Assembly (NCBI GenBank): GCA_030167865.1
Contig: JALAGF010005289.1
Location: 1-47,991 of the forward strand
Reading direction: 5' to 3'
Source: Craspedostauros australis
Lineage: Eukaryota
Length of the DNA: 47,991 nucleotides
Part shown: piece by piece, positions 20,382 through 30,953 of the stretch
Layout: every line of letters starts with the position of its first letter
Position numbering within the stretch: position 1 is the stretch's first letter
Made by a program: the position numbers and the translations under genes
The notes under the pieces: generated by a model
What the model was told of the DNA's origin: nothing
What the model saw: the letters and a program-made list of their open reading frames with translations, nothing else
Database searches by the model: none

Positions 20382-21985
20382 CTTGATGCTATTGTTGTTG
20401 TTGTGATTGTTGTTATTGTTGCTGTTGTTGTCGTTGCTGGTTTGTGACAGGTGTGTTCTTCCCTTCTTGGGTTGTATGGTACTGCGCTCGTACTACGAGG
20501 CGTATTAGTATTGATGTTGGCCTTCTGAAATGGGTTCCTGATCCGTCTCCCTTCTTCTCTTGTGACCTGTTGGTTTGATGTGCTTGTTCTAATTTTGTGC
20601 ACTGGATCGTACGATGCTCTTGTGCTGTGTCTCGCTTGTGTGGCTGTTGGTGGTGGTTGTGCTGGAACGTGGAGGGTGGAGGGTGGAGCTGGAGCCTGGG
20701 TCTGGGATCCCTCGTGCTGCAGATCCGCGTGGTGATTTGCGCTTCTTCTTCGCGTCCAAAGAGAATGGTGCCCGTTCGTGGACATCAACATCAATAACAT
20801 CAGCAACACCATCACCACAAAGAGGCAGACAGGCCACAAAGAAGACATCAACGCAACGCAAAGAAAAGAACAAATCCACGCTGAGCGCAGCCAGACGGAA
20901 GGAAAGGATGCGAACCTGGTTGGTTCAGCCGGATTGCTCTCGCCACAGACGCACAACTCACATCACACAGTCGCACACACTGATACGTGCGTGGAAGGCC
21001 CAAACGAGACAGAAGCAGAAACACACACAAAAACGCGCAGACACACAGACACATGCAGATCCAGCTGCCCCTCGAATAGCGCAGAAGCGGAGGTTGATGC
21101 CATCCGGCAAACGCGAGACGTCGTCTGATCCTTCGCTCCTCTTTTCGAACTGTTCTCGTCCAAACAGAACAACGACACCAAACACCAACGCGAAGCTGCG
21201 TGGCTGTTGGTGTCCTGAAATCTGTTCCCAAAGATCTTCGCCTCCAACTGTGTCAACAAAAGGCTAAATCACCACCAAGTTCGTGTCTGACTGTGACATC
21301 GTTTGCCCAACTGTCGAGACAACCAACGCCCCCACCGTTAACGACGTCAAAAGGCCATGATGAATTGACATTTCTCTACCTCAACCAACACAAGCCGGTC
21401 AGAGCACAACGGATCTTTGGCTTCGGGAACAGACAGAGAGACAGGCAGACACCGGCACCACATGGCCAAATCCAGACGTTCCATGGCGCCGCTCCACTCG
21501 TTTCATGTCAACGAGGAATGGCCTCAAGATGTCGCGGATACGAATGAAATCAAGATGCAGGTGAAGCGCCATGGCAGGTGACACTGATCATGAGTTGATC
21601 AAGGACTGTAACGGAACCTCGTTGTGCTAAGAGCTACTCGTGTTGGCGCCAAAGTAGGTACAGCGATCAGTATGCACACATCAACCATTTGTGAGTACTC
21701 TCTAGTCACTGTTCTGTAGTGAGCTTCAGCAATCCCACGAAGTCGAGGAACACATGACTGGGTTCTTCAACATGTCGAACTTGTTCCTCATTCGCTTCAA
21801 TCAGCCAATCACGCTTCGTTCCAAGGTACTTAGTTAACTCCGTTGGGGGTCTAGTGTGATATTTTCATTTAAGGACAATATCGAGCATCATAAACATTTG
21901 CAATATGTATATTACCATGGCCTCCATGGAGATAAGCGAAAACACATCACCTGAAACACCAACCAACGACTTTCGCCACCACCAA

Positions 21986-22045
21986 CATCATCATCGTCAT
22001 CATCGTCATCGTCATCATCGTCATCAGCAACAATAGCAACAGTAG
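21986..22045. repeat. Imperfect (CAT/CGT)n then (CAA/CAG)n trinucleotide microsatellite upstream of PLPBP
   Basis: catcatcatcgtcatcatcgtcatcgtcatcatcgtcatcagcaacaatagcaacagtag is visible directly. Confidence 0.75.
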
Positions 22046-22175
22046 AGACACTGGAGAGATCCAATTGCCCATGCAATCCAAGCAGACTCGCTCACCTCAC
22101 CTTCCTGAATAGCATCCGAACATACTCTCCTCTATTCTGGATCCACCCGTCAAGTCTCGTGCTTGCAAACCTCAG

Positions 22176-23084
22176 ATGATCATTGTTGACAAACGCAGAG
22201 TCGCCTGTTCTTTGGCATTGCTCGCGAGTTGGAATCGACGCACGGCGACTTCCACAGGCATCTGCAGAGTGGCTGCGTTCTCGCCGTCTCTGCCCTTGCG
22301 TCTGTCTTCGTACAGATACCTCGCATCCACCTCGGTCGCCATGTCGGAAGTCACGGAGGTCGACATCGCCACCAACCTGGAGGAGGTCCGACAGCGCGTC
22401 GCCAAAGCCTGCGACAGCGCTGGACGCGATGCATCCAAGGTCCGGTTGGTGGCCGTCAGCAAGACCAAGCCGCTAAACTTGCTGCGCGATGCTTACAACA
22501 GCGGCCAGAGAGCCTTCGGTGAGAACTACGCGCAGGAGCTGGTCGAGAAGGCCAAGCAATTCGGTGATGATGGGCTGGAGGGATTGGAATGGCATTTCAT
22601 CGGCGGTCTGCAATCCAACAAAGCCGCCATGCTCGTCAAGTCGGTCGTGCCGTACGGCAAGCTCACCATCGAGACCGTCTCCACCCTCAAGGTGGCGAAG
22701 AAGCTGGACAATGCCATGTCCGCAAACTTTGACGGTCAGGTGCTCTCCATCTTCGTTCAGATCAACACGTCCGGTGAAGAGTCCAAAAGCGGCGTGCAGC
22801 CCAACGAAGCCGCGGCGCTGTGCAAGCAGATCGTCGACGAATGTGAGCATCTCGAGCTCAAGGGCGTCATGACGATCGGCGCGCCGGGCGATGTGGATTG
22901 CTTGGAAAGTCTCGTGGCGTGCCGTGACGATGTCGCCGCCGAGCTGGGCATCGACAAAGATACCCTCGAGGTCAGCATGGGCATGTCCGGGGACTTCGAG
23001 GTCGCCATTGCGAAGGGATCCACCAACGTGCGCGTCGGTAGCACCATCTTTGGTGCCAGAGATTATTCCAACAACAAGGCGTGA
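22176..23084 (+). CDS. PLPBP: Pyridoxal-phosphate homeostasis protein PLPBP/PROSC/YggS with N-terminal targeting extension
   Basis: LVAVSKTKP (PLP-binding Lys), FGENYAQEL, WHFIGGLQSNKA, QINTSGEESKSG, GVMTIG, SMGMSGDF..AI..GST.VRVGSTIFG. Confidence 0.96.
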   Translation: MIIVDKRRVACSLALLASWNRRTATSTGICRVAAFSPSLPLRLSSYRYLASTSVAMSEVTEVDIATNLEEVRQRVAKACDSAGRDASKVRLVAVSKTKPLNLLRDAYNSGQRAFGENYAQELVEKAKQFGDDGLEGLEWHFIGGLQSNKAAMLVKSVVPYGKLTIETVSTLKVAKKLDNAMSANFDGQVLSIFVQINTSGEESKSGVQPNEAAALCKQIVDECEHLELKGVMTIGAPGDVDCLESLVACRDDVAAELGIDKDTLEVSMGMSGDFEVAIAKGSTNVRVGSTIFGARDYSNNKA

Positions 23085-23396
23085 TGAGGTTGGAACGGAC
23101 GCAACGAAACCAAACGAAATGAAACGTATGACCTTGGCCGCAGGGGTATGGGAGAAATGGCAGTGTTGCTGATTGGAAAGCCCGGGCACAAAGACTGTGA
23201 GAGAAGTTGGTCACTCAGTGGTTACAGACTGGATGTTGAGAACGTCGGCTCGTTATGGGCCTCTCCTTGCACATCCTCTCCCAGATCGTACAGCCAACTC
23301 AGAAAAGAGAGTGAGTGCAGCATGATCACACGTCAGCCAGTATTACACTCTCAGTTATCTTTCGATCCTCTTCTAATCTATGCCATTCATTCCATG

Positions 23397-23747
23397 TCAT
23401 GATACTGTTTGGGTCTGAACGAAGCTACCTTGCGGGAAGAACAACATGGACGCCTTCGCATTGGACAATATGGTCGCGACACCCTGGTTGAGACATTGTT
23501 AGAGAGGACTTGCCCGCGAGATTCCCATGATGAGTGGCATATCGCTGTCCATCAACACCCTCCATCTGTGCGTGAGGTATTCGTCAACGAAGAGGTCTAT
23601 TCGCAGCAGAATCTCGTTGTCGGCATTCTAACAGTTATTATCGACTTCGGTGATGGTCTGGTCATAGAGGTTGGCTGTTGTATCTGATGTGACAGATAGT
23701 AGCATCAAGAGCACGCTGGCAACTGGTGAACAGCGCACGAACTTCAT
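23397..23747 (-). pseudogene. Probable pseudogene of a small secreted protein (signal peptide, two in-frame stops)
   Basis: From ATG at 23747: MKFVRCSPVASVLLMLLSVTSDTTANLYDQTITEVDNNC*(TAG 23630-28)NADNEILLRIDLFVDEYLTHRWRVLMDSDMPLIMGISRASPL*(TAA 23501-499)QCLNQGVATILSNAKASMLFFPQGSFVQTQTVS*. Confidence 0.45.
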
Positions 23748-24246
23748 GGCGCATTCGTCTGAGGGTACGGCGGATCGGTTGGTCGCAACTGCGTAAAACG
23801 TGTATCACTTTAGCATACACGCATGCAATGCATACGTACCAACGTGTCTGGTTGTGTGCGCCTGGTGCGACGTCGATCGTCTGGGCGAGATCATGGAGCA
23901 ACGCTGTCATTTGTTTGAATGACTCTACACATCCCATCTTGTTTCTACTGTTGTCTCGTATTCGTATACACTGATCGATACGTATCCCTTGTTCCACAAT
24001 CGCGTATGAGGAAGACGTGGAGCGACCGTGCATGGAGCATTTCAACTTGTCATTGTGGTTTACGCCAGTACAGGAATATGCACGATTTGGCCATCCATTG
24101 TTCTCGTACGAGCGCACTCACAGATATTCCACCATTCTCTCCCTACACCCTCGCAACATATGATAAATCGATTCCTAAAGTATGCGTGGCGTTATACGGG
24201 GTATGTGGAGAAGCAAGCGATGGTTAGAAGCCGCCGAACCAAAACA

Positions 24247-26018
24247 TCACAACTCGGTACGTTCGAAGCGATGCTCATTCTGCAATCGCGTCTGCCAATA
24301 GGTGGATACGCTGCCCGTGATGTCGACGTTGATTTGCTGCCCGCCGAACCATTCTATGAAGCCGTTGGCACGCCCGCCAACTGCACGTTGCTCCTGCGGC
24401 AGGGCATCGTAGGCTTCATCGAGGGCCTTGAAGTATTTGACACGATCCTTGGGATGGATGAAGTTGGTGGAAAAGTGCGGCAGCACGACGTCGCCTACGG
24501 CGGACAAGACGTGCAGCAAGTCGTCGAAGAGAGAACGCACGAAGACGTGGTTGCGCCATGATTCTTCCTTGAGAAGATGGATGCGCGCTTCCGCGGCTCG
24601 CGCGCCCTCCTTGAATTTGACGGTCATCCAATTGAGGCTGCCCCACGAGGCCAGCCATGGCAGTCCTGTCGGTGTGCCATCGAAGGGATCGACCCGATCC
24701 ACGCTCATAAATCCAACAAAGATGGTCCTCGTGCCTTTCGTGATGTGCATGCCTTCGTGGCTGATCAGTGCCGAATTCAGCAGCACCTGGCCAACCTGCT
24801 TTGGCTTGATCCAGGCAAACGGCTCATCGGTCCTGCGATTCCAGAACCTCGTGCCGCCATCTTCGAATCCGTCATCCAGCAGAATGTTGAAGGAGATATC
24901 TCCATCGTCGGTGTGTCTTGTGAGGTGAGTTCGTTTGTTGGCATCGTATCTCACGACGAACATCTGCGTTGGTCGGTTGTTGAGTGTTGATTGTGAACAG
25001 ATCCATGTGAAGGCAAGGAGATAGTTGTTGTTGTGTGAATGGTTTTGAAGATTGCATTTTCTGTGAGAAACGAAGATTCTGAAGCTTGCTGAATGGGGGG
25101 ATTGGACAACACAAGTTGTGCGTTGCTGAACTGAGGCTTTTCACATCATATCAGATCATATCACGTCACATCACATCACAGTATAGCTCAGTGCAACACA
25201 GGCATCCAACTCACATCAATGGCCCGAATGGAACTGGCTGGAATACCGTAAATCCGGCTGATCAACGGTGTCAATCTCGCATCCAGCTTCGTCCGGATGA
25301 AATCCCGATCGGTCTTAGTGAATGGATCCGTGACGACGTTCAAATCCGTGGTGGGATAAAGGCCATGGCGGTGTTTCTGCCAACCGTGTGGATCATACAA
25401 CAATCCTTTCATAGTCTTGTTGAGACCCGTCCCATCGCCTTCATCATCGGCATCGTCCGGCGGCGCGAAGACTTCGTACATGCTCTCCAAGGACTTGGCC
25501 TCCTTGTAATTGATGTCCGCAGCACGATCTGCCATGGCCAGTATTTCCTTGCATTCGTCACGCGTGAAGACGGGAGCCTGGAAGATGCCGCGCGTCGTGT
25601 AGTAGTTGTGCGGATTCGATTGCAGCATGACCCAGACGAAGGCGACCATGCACAAGGCGCTGCATTGAAGCAGCGCGGATTGACTCAGTTCGTACTGTTC
25701 GGCCGGTTCTTCGGGTTGGATCTTTGGATCTGATTTCAATGGTTTCTGTGGTTGCTTGTTCTTTTGTTTCTGCTTGCGCTTGGATTTGTCCTTTCCATTG
25801 GAAGTCGTTGCGGGCGGCGTCTTCGTCTCTGCCTTGCTGTCTGCCTTGTCGCCTTCTGCTTCTGTGGCACCCTCCGGAGTGACAGGATTGACCATGAAGG
25901 TTGGCAGGATGACCAGGCAGAAAACCACGACCATCGTGAGCTTGATTGTCGCATAGAACCTCTCCTGCGGATAGTCAGGTGGTGGTTGAACCAGGAATTC
26001 TTCAGCTCCAAACTCCAT
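24247..26018 (-). CDS. Membrane-anchored 2-oxoglutarate/Fe(II) oxygenase with PLOD (lysyl hydroxylase)-type catalytic domain, 2 exons, about 506 aa
   Basis: Exons 26018-25215 and 24963-24247; phase-0 intron 25214-24964 (GTGAGT…CGCAG) gives RAID|MFVVRY. Motifs: 'RHGLYPTTDL', 'FVVRY….HLTRHTD' (HxD), 'NILL…FEDGGTRF', 'HEG…TKGTR' (distal His and 2OG-binding Arg). Two N-terminal hydrophobic helices. Confidence 0.88.
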
Positions 26019-26892
26019 CTTTCCACTTCTTCCTAGGCTCGTACTGGAGTATGCTTGGGGTTGCTTCTGTCGCTATCGTAGGTGATGTTGCAGGATCTTC
26101 GCGCCTCCAATGCCACGCTGGTGCCGTGGGTCCTCGAGACTTTCCTCTCAACTACTCTCTGCTTCGCGTGTGGGAGGATGGACACGAGAGTGATGGATGA
26201 TGGTTGCAATGCATGTACTCAACTCTGCGAAGAGCGTAGCCACTTTCGTGTTGGTCAGCAGCGTCCTTCAATGAACAAGGAACTGATCAGTGCGAGTAGA
26301 TCGTATTATACCCCCATACCTGATTGCCGCTCTCTTCTTGTGCGTTATTGATCGTCATCTTGTTGCCTCGGCCCAGTTCTTCGGAAAGGATCGCGCATCT
26401 GTTCGATGGTGAAGATGCAGGCGTTCGGTTTCCGCTGGATCGTCTTTGCGGTGTTGTTGGCCAAGAACGAGAATCCTGATGAATCATGAGATTCATACAA
26501 CATCCATGCCTGAATACTTTTGAATGTTGGCGTTGAGTCGATGGAGTCAATATCATTGGTAACGCTTCTGCGAAGTCCACGTCAACATTGTGCGATCTAA
26601 CATTACAAGGTTAGTGTGATTGTTGTCGTGAAGATCCAACGCTTGCGGCCGTCACACTCGGACATGCATGTACGATGCCTCCCATCTCTATCGATCCTTC
26701 AGTAAAGTGCCGTTTCCTAACGAATGGTAGGAGCGCTCTACTTGCAAACCTCCATCCTATTTGTCTCACTCTGATAAATGTCTGTTGCTTGCCTCCCCCA
26801 CACATGTTGCTCTCCCCATTTACAATGCGATGCACTATTCGTAGTTCAATGCTTCAGTCGTATGGATCTATATGTATTCGGGTGGTAGCATT

Positions 26893-27895
26893 CTACAAGA
26901 TGGTACACGAGCCAGAACTGTCAGCGAAACCGGGTGCCTTGTTCGTACCAATGGCCAGCAGCTCCACTTCGAAATTCAGATCCGCGTTGGGCGGGATGGC
27001 GCCGCCGGCGCCCTTGGCACCGTATCCGTAGTCGCTGCTGATCTTGAGCGTCGACTTTTCGCCCAGAGACATCTTCATGACGCCTGTGAGCGGTTGTTGG
27101 GTTTAGTGTAGAGTGTGGCGTGCGGATTATGTGTCGAGAGGATTGTGAGCAAGTGCAGTTTGTGGTGAGCATGATTTGAAAGTTGGCCGGTAGGAACACA
27201 GCCTGCAGACACAGATCACCGTTGTCGCATCAAGGGCGAGCGCGGCTGATGTAGAGGGGTGTCCTCAATGATGATCTTCTCATGCCTTGGCGTGCACACA
27301 AGTGCATACACTCGTGCGCATGGCTTACCTTCGTCCCAACCCTGGATGACTTGTCCGATACCAATCACAAACTGGAGATGTTGTCATGTATTGGCCGAGT
27401 GTGTGGTGTACGATGACGATGTGTGTACGGTACATAGAATATAATAGTGTTGTATAATAGATCATGAATATGATAAAATGCAATGCAAAGGGAAGAGATG
27501 CAACCAACCAAGATGAAGGCAGGGATTCGCATGAGCATTGAAGTTGGCGGATGAATGAAGCACAGAATGCACCACAGGCTTCAAGATAAGATCAAGAATC
27601 TCGATGGACTCTGTGCAGCGTATAATACATATCTTCTATCCATTCCATCATGCTTCACAAAGAAGCTGCGCCATGGCCGTTCAGCTGGACGTTGTGATAT
27701 TCTTGCAGCAAGTATGGCAGAGCAGCGTGGCGCGCACTCCCATCTCACCTGGAATGGCTTTCCACGATCGAGGCTGCTGTCGAACTTCTTGCCGCCCTCT
27801 GCCAATGTGCCAGTGTAATGCATGGTCAGCTGATCCCCCATCTTGGGGAACGTGCTGCCATCTCCTTCCTTGATCAATTCCTTTTCGACACCCAT
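26893..27895 (-). CDS. FKBP12: FKBP12-type peptidyl-prolyl isomerase, 3 exons, about 126 aa, with C-terminal CaaX (CTIL)
   Basis: Exons 27895-27749, 27371-27329 and 27083-26893; introns GTGAGA…CCAG (phase 0) and GTAAGC…ACAG (phase 1). Spliced product: MGVEKE…MHYTGTL…[37 protein letters not shown]…[46 protein letters not shown]. Confidence 0.95.
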
Positions 27896-28192
27896 GATGC
27901 TATTGTGAAAGTATAATCTGATTGTGTTGTGTGTTAATCTGCTACGTATTGGTTTGATCTGCTTGTTGTGTCTTCGCGGTTGCGTTTTGCTCCCTTTCTT
28001 GGTTCATCAGTTCCGCGAAATCGTTGTTTTCTGTATCTTTGACTCCGTCGATCCTTTCTGTCTTTCGCTTTGTTTGTGTGCCATTCTTGTTGCCGCCAAG
28101 ACATGACACATCGCATGACATCATCTCCACTCATTCATCCACTCATTCATCCACTCATCCACCCATCCGCCACAACAACTCTCAATCCCAAC

Positions 28193-28688
28193 ATGCCCCT
28201 CGTCAAGATCTTCGCTCGCACCGCCCTGACGAAGCCCATTCCGTTGGCGTCGTTGCAATCCAAGCTCTGCGCGATCTGGGGCACGCAGCCCAACACCACC
28301 AAGCTCATGCTGCAGCGTGTTGATGACTGGACCGATGAGAGCTTTCAGGAGGATTGCTACGTCGACATTCGGGCGTATGGTACGTATCATATTTTGTATC
28401 ATTGTATTGTATTGTCGGTGGTATAAATGCTGTGCATGTTCTGGCACGCATTATATGTTGCCAACGCATGTCTGTTCTCTCACTTTTCATCCACTGCATC
28501 CTCCAACCCACTCTATGTACGATCTACGTCATCATGCAGGCAAGGCCGAACGAACGAGGGAGATGGTGCTGGATGGCATGCAGAAGGTACAGTCGGCATT
28601 CGGTGAGCACGATCTCATCGCGAACGTCCGATTGGAGACCTATGATGGCGAGAGGTACTTCCACGTTCCGCCAACGACACCCAAGTAA
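28193..28688 (+). CDS. Small Pro-1 tautomerase/MIF/CHMI-superfamily-like protein, 2 exons, 111 aa
   Basis: Exons 28193-28379 and 28540-28688; phase-1 intron 28380-28539 (GTACGT…TGCAG). Product: MPLVKIFARTALTKPIPLASLQSKLCAIWGTQPNTTKLMLQRVDDWTDESFQEDCYVDIRAYGKAERTREMVLDGMQKVQSAFGEHDLIANVRLETYDGERYFHVPPTTPK. The gene model is solid; the fold assignment is inferred from the Met-Pro start, size and a doubled beta-alpha-beta pattern. Confidence 0.75.
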
Positions 28689-28906
28689 TGGACTCCATCG
28701 GATTCGAGCAGCGCATCGTTTCAGTGATCAAGACGTAATCGAAAGAAAGGGCATTGATAACACCAAATTCTAAAAATTATGAGCTGAGTTGCAAATCTGA
28801 TCTTCTTCTCCCCGCTCTCATGCATGACGCTGTGTTTTCTTTTGCTGCGGCCCACGCGCCTGGGCCTTGATTCCCAATTGGAGAATCGGAGGAGACCTGC
28901 TCCTAT

Positions 28907-30953
28907 TCAGGCCTCTCCTTCCTCATCTTCTTCGTCGCTTGGCGCCAAGCCAGATCGCGCCCGAGCCATGCCGAACGACGCCATGGTGTTGTTCTCCGTG
29001 AGGCTGGCACGCCTCGCGATGGTGCCCAACGCAGGCATCTCGAGCTGGAAGCTGCCGTTGGACATGAGGTCGGAGTCGGACAGGTTGAGGATCGCATTCT
29101 CGGGACTGACGGCCGATATGCCGGTGAGGCTGTTGTGGCTGATGTTGCAGTCTGTGATGCGCGCATGGCCCTGTTCGAGATACACTCCGGAATGCCCACG
29201 CGCGATCCCACGTCGATGGTAGCGATTGCCAAATCCATTCCTCACGACGTCCGTCTTGTCGATGATGGCGCGGCTGCCTGGTCCACCAACGTAGATGCCG
29301 GTCGCGGCGCAGTCGTGAACGTGGCAGTTGCGAATGCTGACGTCGCCGCCATCGATATTGACGATGCCTCGGCCAGACAAGCTGGTGACATCGACCTGAT
29401 CCAGAATGGCCTTGGGTCGCATCATGGTCAGCGGCTGTTCGTCTGGTCCAAGCGGGGGCTGGATTTGCACCGCCGCGTTGCCATTCCAAATGTCTGTTGA
29501 GGAAGAGAAGAAAGTGGAGGAATGAAATGAGTGTGTGAGATGATTGATTGATTGATTGATGAACTGGCAATGAAATCGAGTATAGCAGACCGCAAGATAC
29601 ACATGCATCCCACGTACCTGTTCCAGTGCTGATGTGATGAATGTCAATGTTCTTGAGGGAGCAGATACCCTGCTGCACGCGCACAAACGGCTGGTTGCTA
29701 CGGCGGCTTCGCAGTATCAAGGTGGCGCGTTTGGGCGAGCCGGCAACCTCATTGGCGATGGTGCTGACATTGAGCATAGGGTCTTCCAGTTCACCAACGG
29801 AGCTGTCGTCGTTGAGGAGTTCATCGGCGACGCTTTCCGTGGACCTGCACGACAGGAGCTGCCGCAGCTTGGAGCGTCGCCGGGATGGAGGCGTTGGTGC
29901 GTCCTGGATGTGGATGTTGCTTTCCAGGTCGGTGTGTCCGTTGAAGGCATCTGGGATGGCCATGGTCTCCAGCTTGATGCAGACATCTGGGGTTGCGGTT
30001 TGCACCACGATGGCTTCTCGAAGGATGTACCGCCCAGGCCGAAGGAAAATGCGGATGCTGCGGGTTGGGGCTTTGCCCTGACGAACGAAACCCGCCTTTG
30101 TGATGGCAGACTGGATGGTGGGACAGTCGATTGGAATGCATGGGTTGGTGATGTAAAACTGCTTCCACGAGGTTGGCACATCGTCGCCTTCCTTCCACTG
30201 TTCAAGTTAGAGTGGTCAAGTATGCGTATGAGCATGGGAATGAGAGAGTTGCGGAGGCACAGAGCGGGATGCAAACGAAAAAGATGATGTTAGTGGGATT
30301 GTTAGATGCAAATCATGGCGCAATGAACATGACACTACGCAACACGAGACCGCCCAAACCAAGTGACACATTGTGCGTACCTTGTACAATTCTTCGGAAA
30401 GTGCCTTCCATGTGGCCTCTTGCAGGAAGAACTCTCTCCAGTGACGATTGACGCAGGCCACCGTGGTCATCATCTTGGGACCCGCAAAGGCCATGACCTT
30501 GGGCAAGAGATCCGGCGGGCACTCCGATTCCAGCCAGTGCATGACATTCTGGCGACTGTCGTGCTTGGCTCCTGCGGCGCTGGTGTTTTGGGAGGCACCG
30601 AACGTTCCGGGCGCCTTGACCGTGAGGAAGGATCGCAAGGATGTGGTCGATCGTCGGAATGGCTTCGATGACTTGGTTGGGACGGACGACGCGGAGGATT
30701 GCAATGCGGACATGGAGGAAGATCGAGTGATCTCACCATCGCTGGCATTGTTGTTATTGTCGTTGCTGTTGGAAGCAGCTGCTACGTCCGACAGGTTCTG
30801 GCTGCTGTTGCTGCGTGCATTAGAATGGATGGTGCTGACATTGGCCGTTCGTCGATGGGGAGAGATGCGCTGGAGGAAGGTGGACATCTTCTTGTGTGGA
30901 GAATCTCTGACGGGACGAGATTCCGTGGCATTAGGCCCTCCGAGGCTGGTCAT
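28907..30953 (-). CDS. F-box protein with right-handed parallel beta-helix (PbH1/CASH) domain, FBXO10/11-like architecture, 3 exons, about 579 aa
   Basis: Exons 30953-30381, 30197-29618 and 29493-28907; introns 30380-30198 (GTACGC…CTAACTTGAACAG) and 29617-29494 (GTACGT…CAACAG). F-box 'CPPDLLPKVMAFA…VACVNRHWR…ATWK.L'; 'IPIDCPTIQSAI…IFLRPGRY'; beta-helix repeats 'IRNCHVHDCAATGIYV' and 'ITDCNISHNSLTGISA'. Confidence 0.88.

Noticed and set aside
20372..21267. Overlapping 100-217 aa ORFs upstream of the ankyrin gene
   Set aside because: Low-complexity CA/GT-rich leader sequence with no protein-like features.
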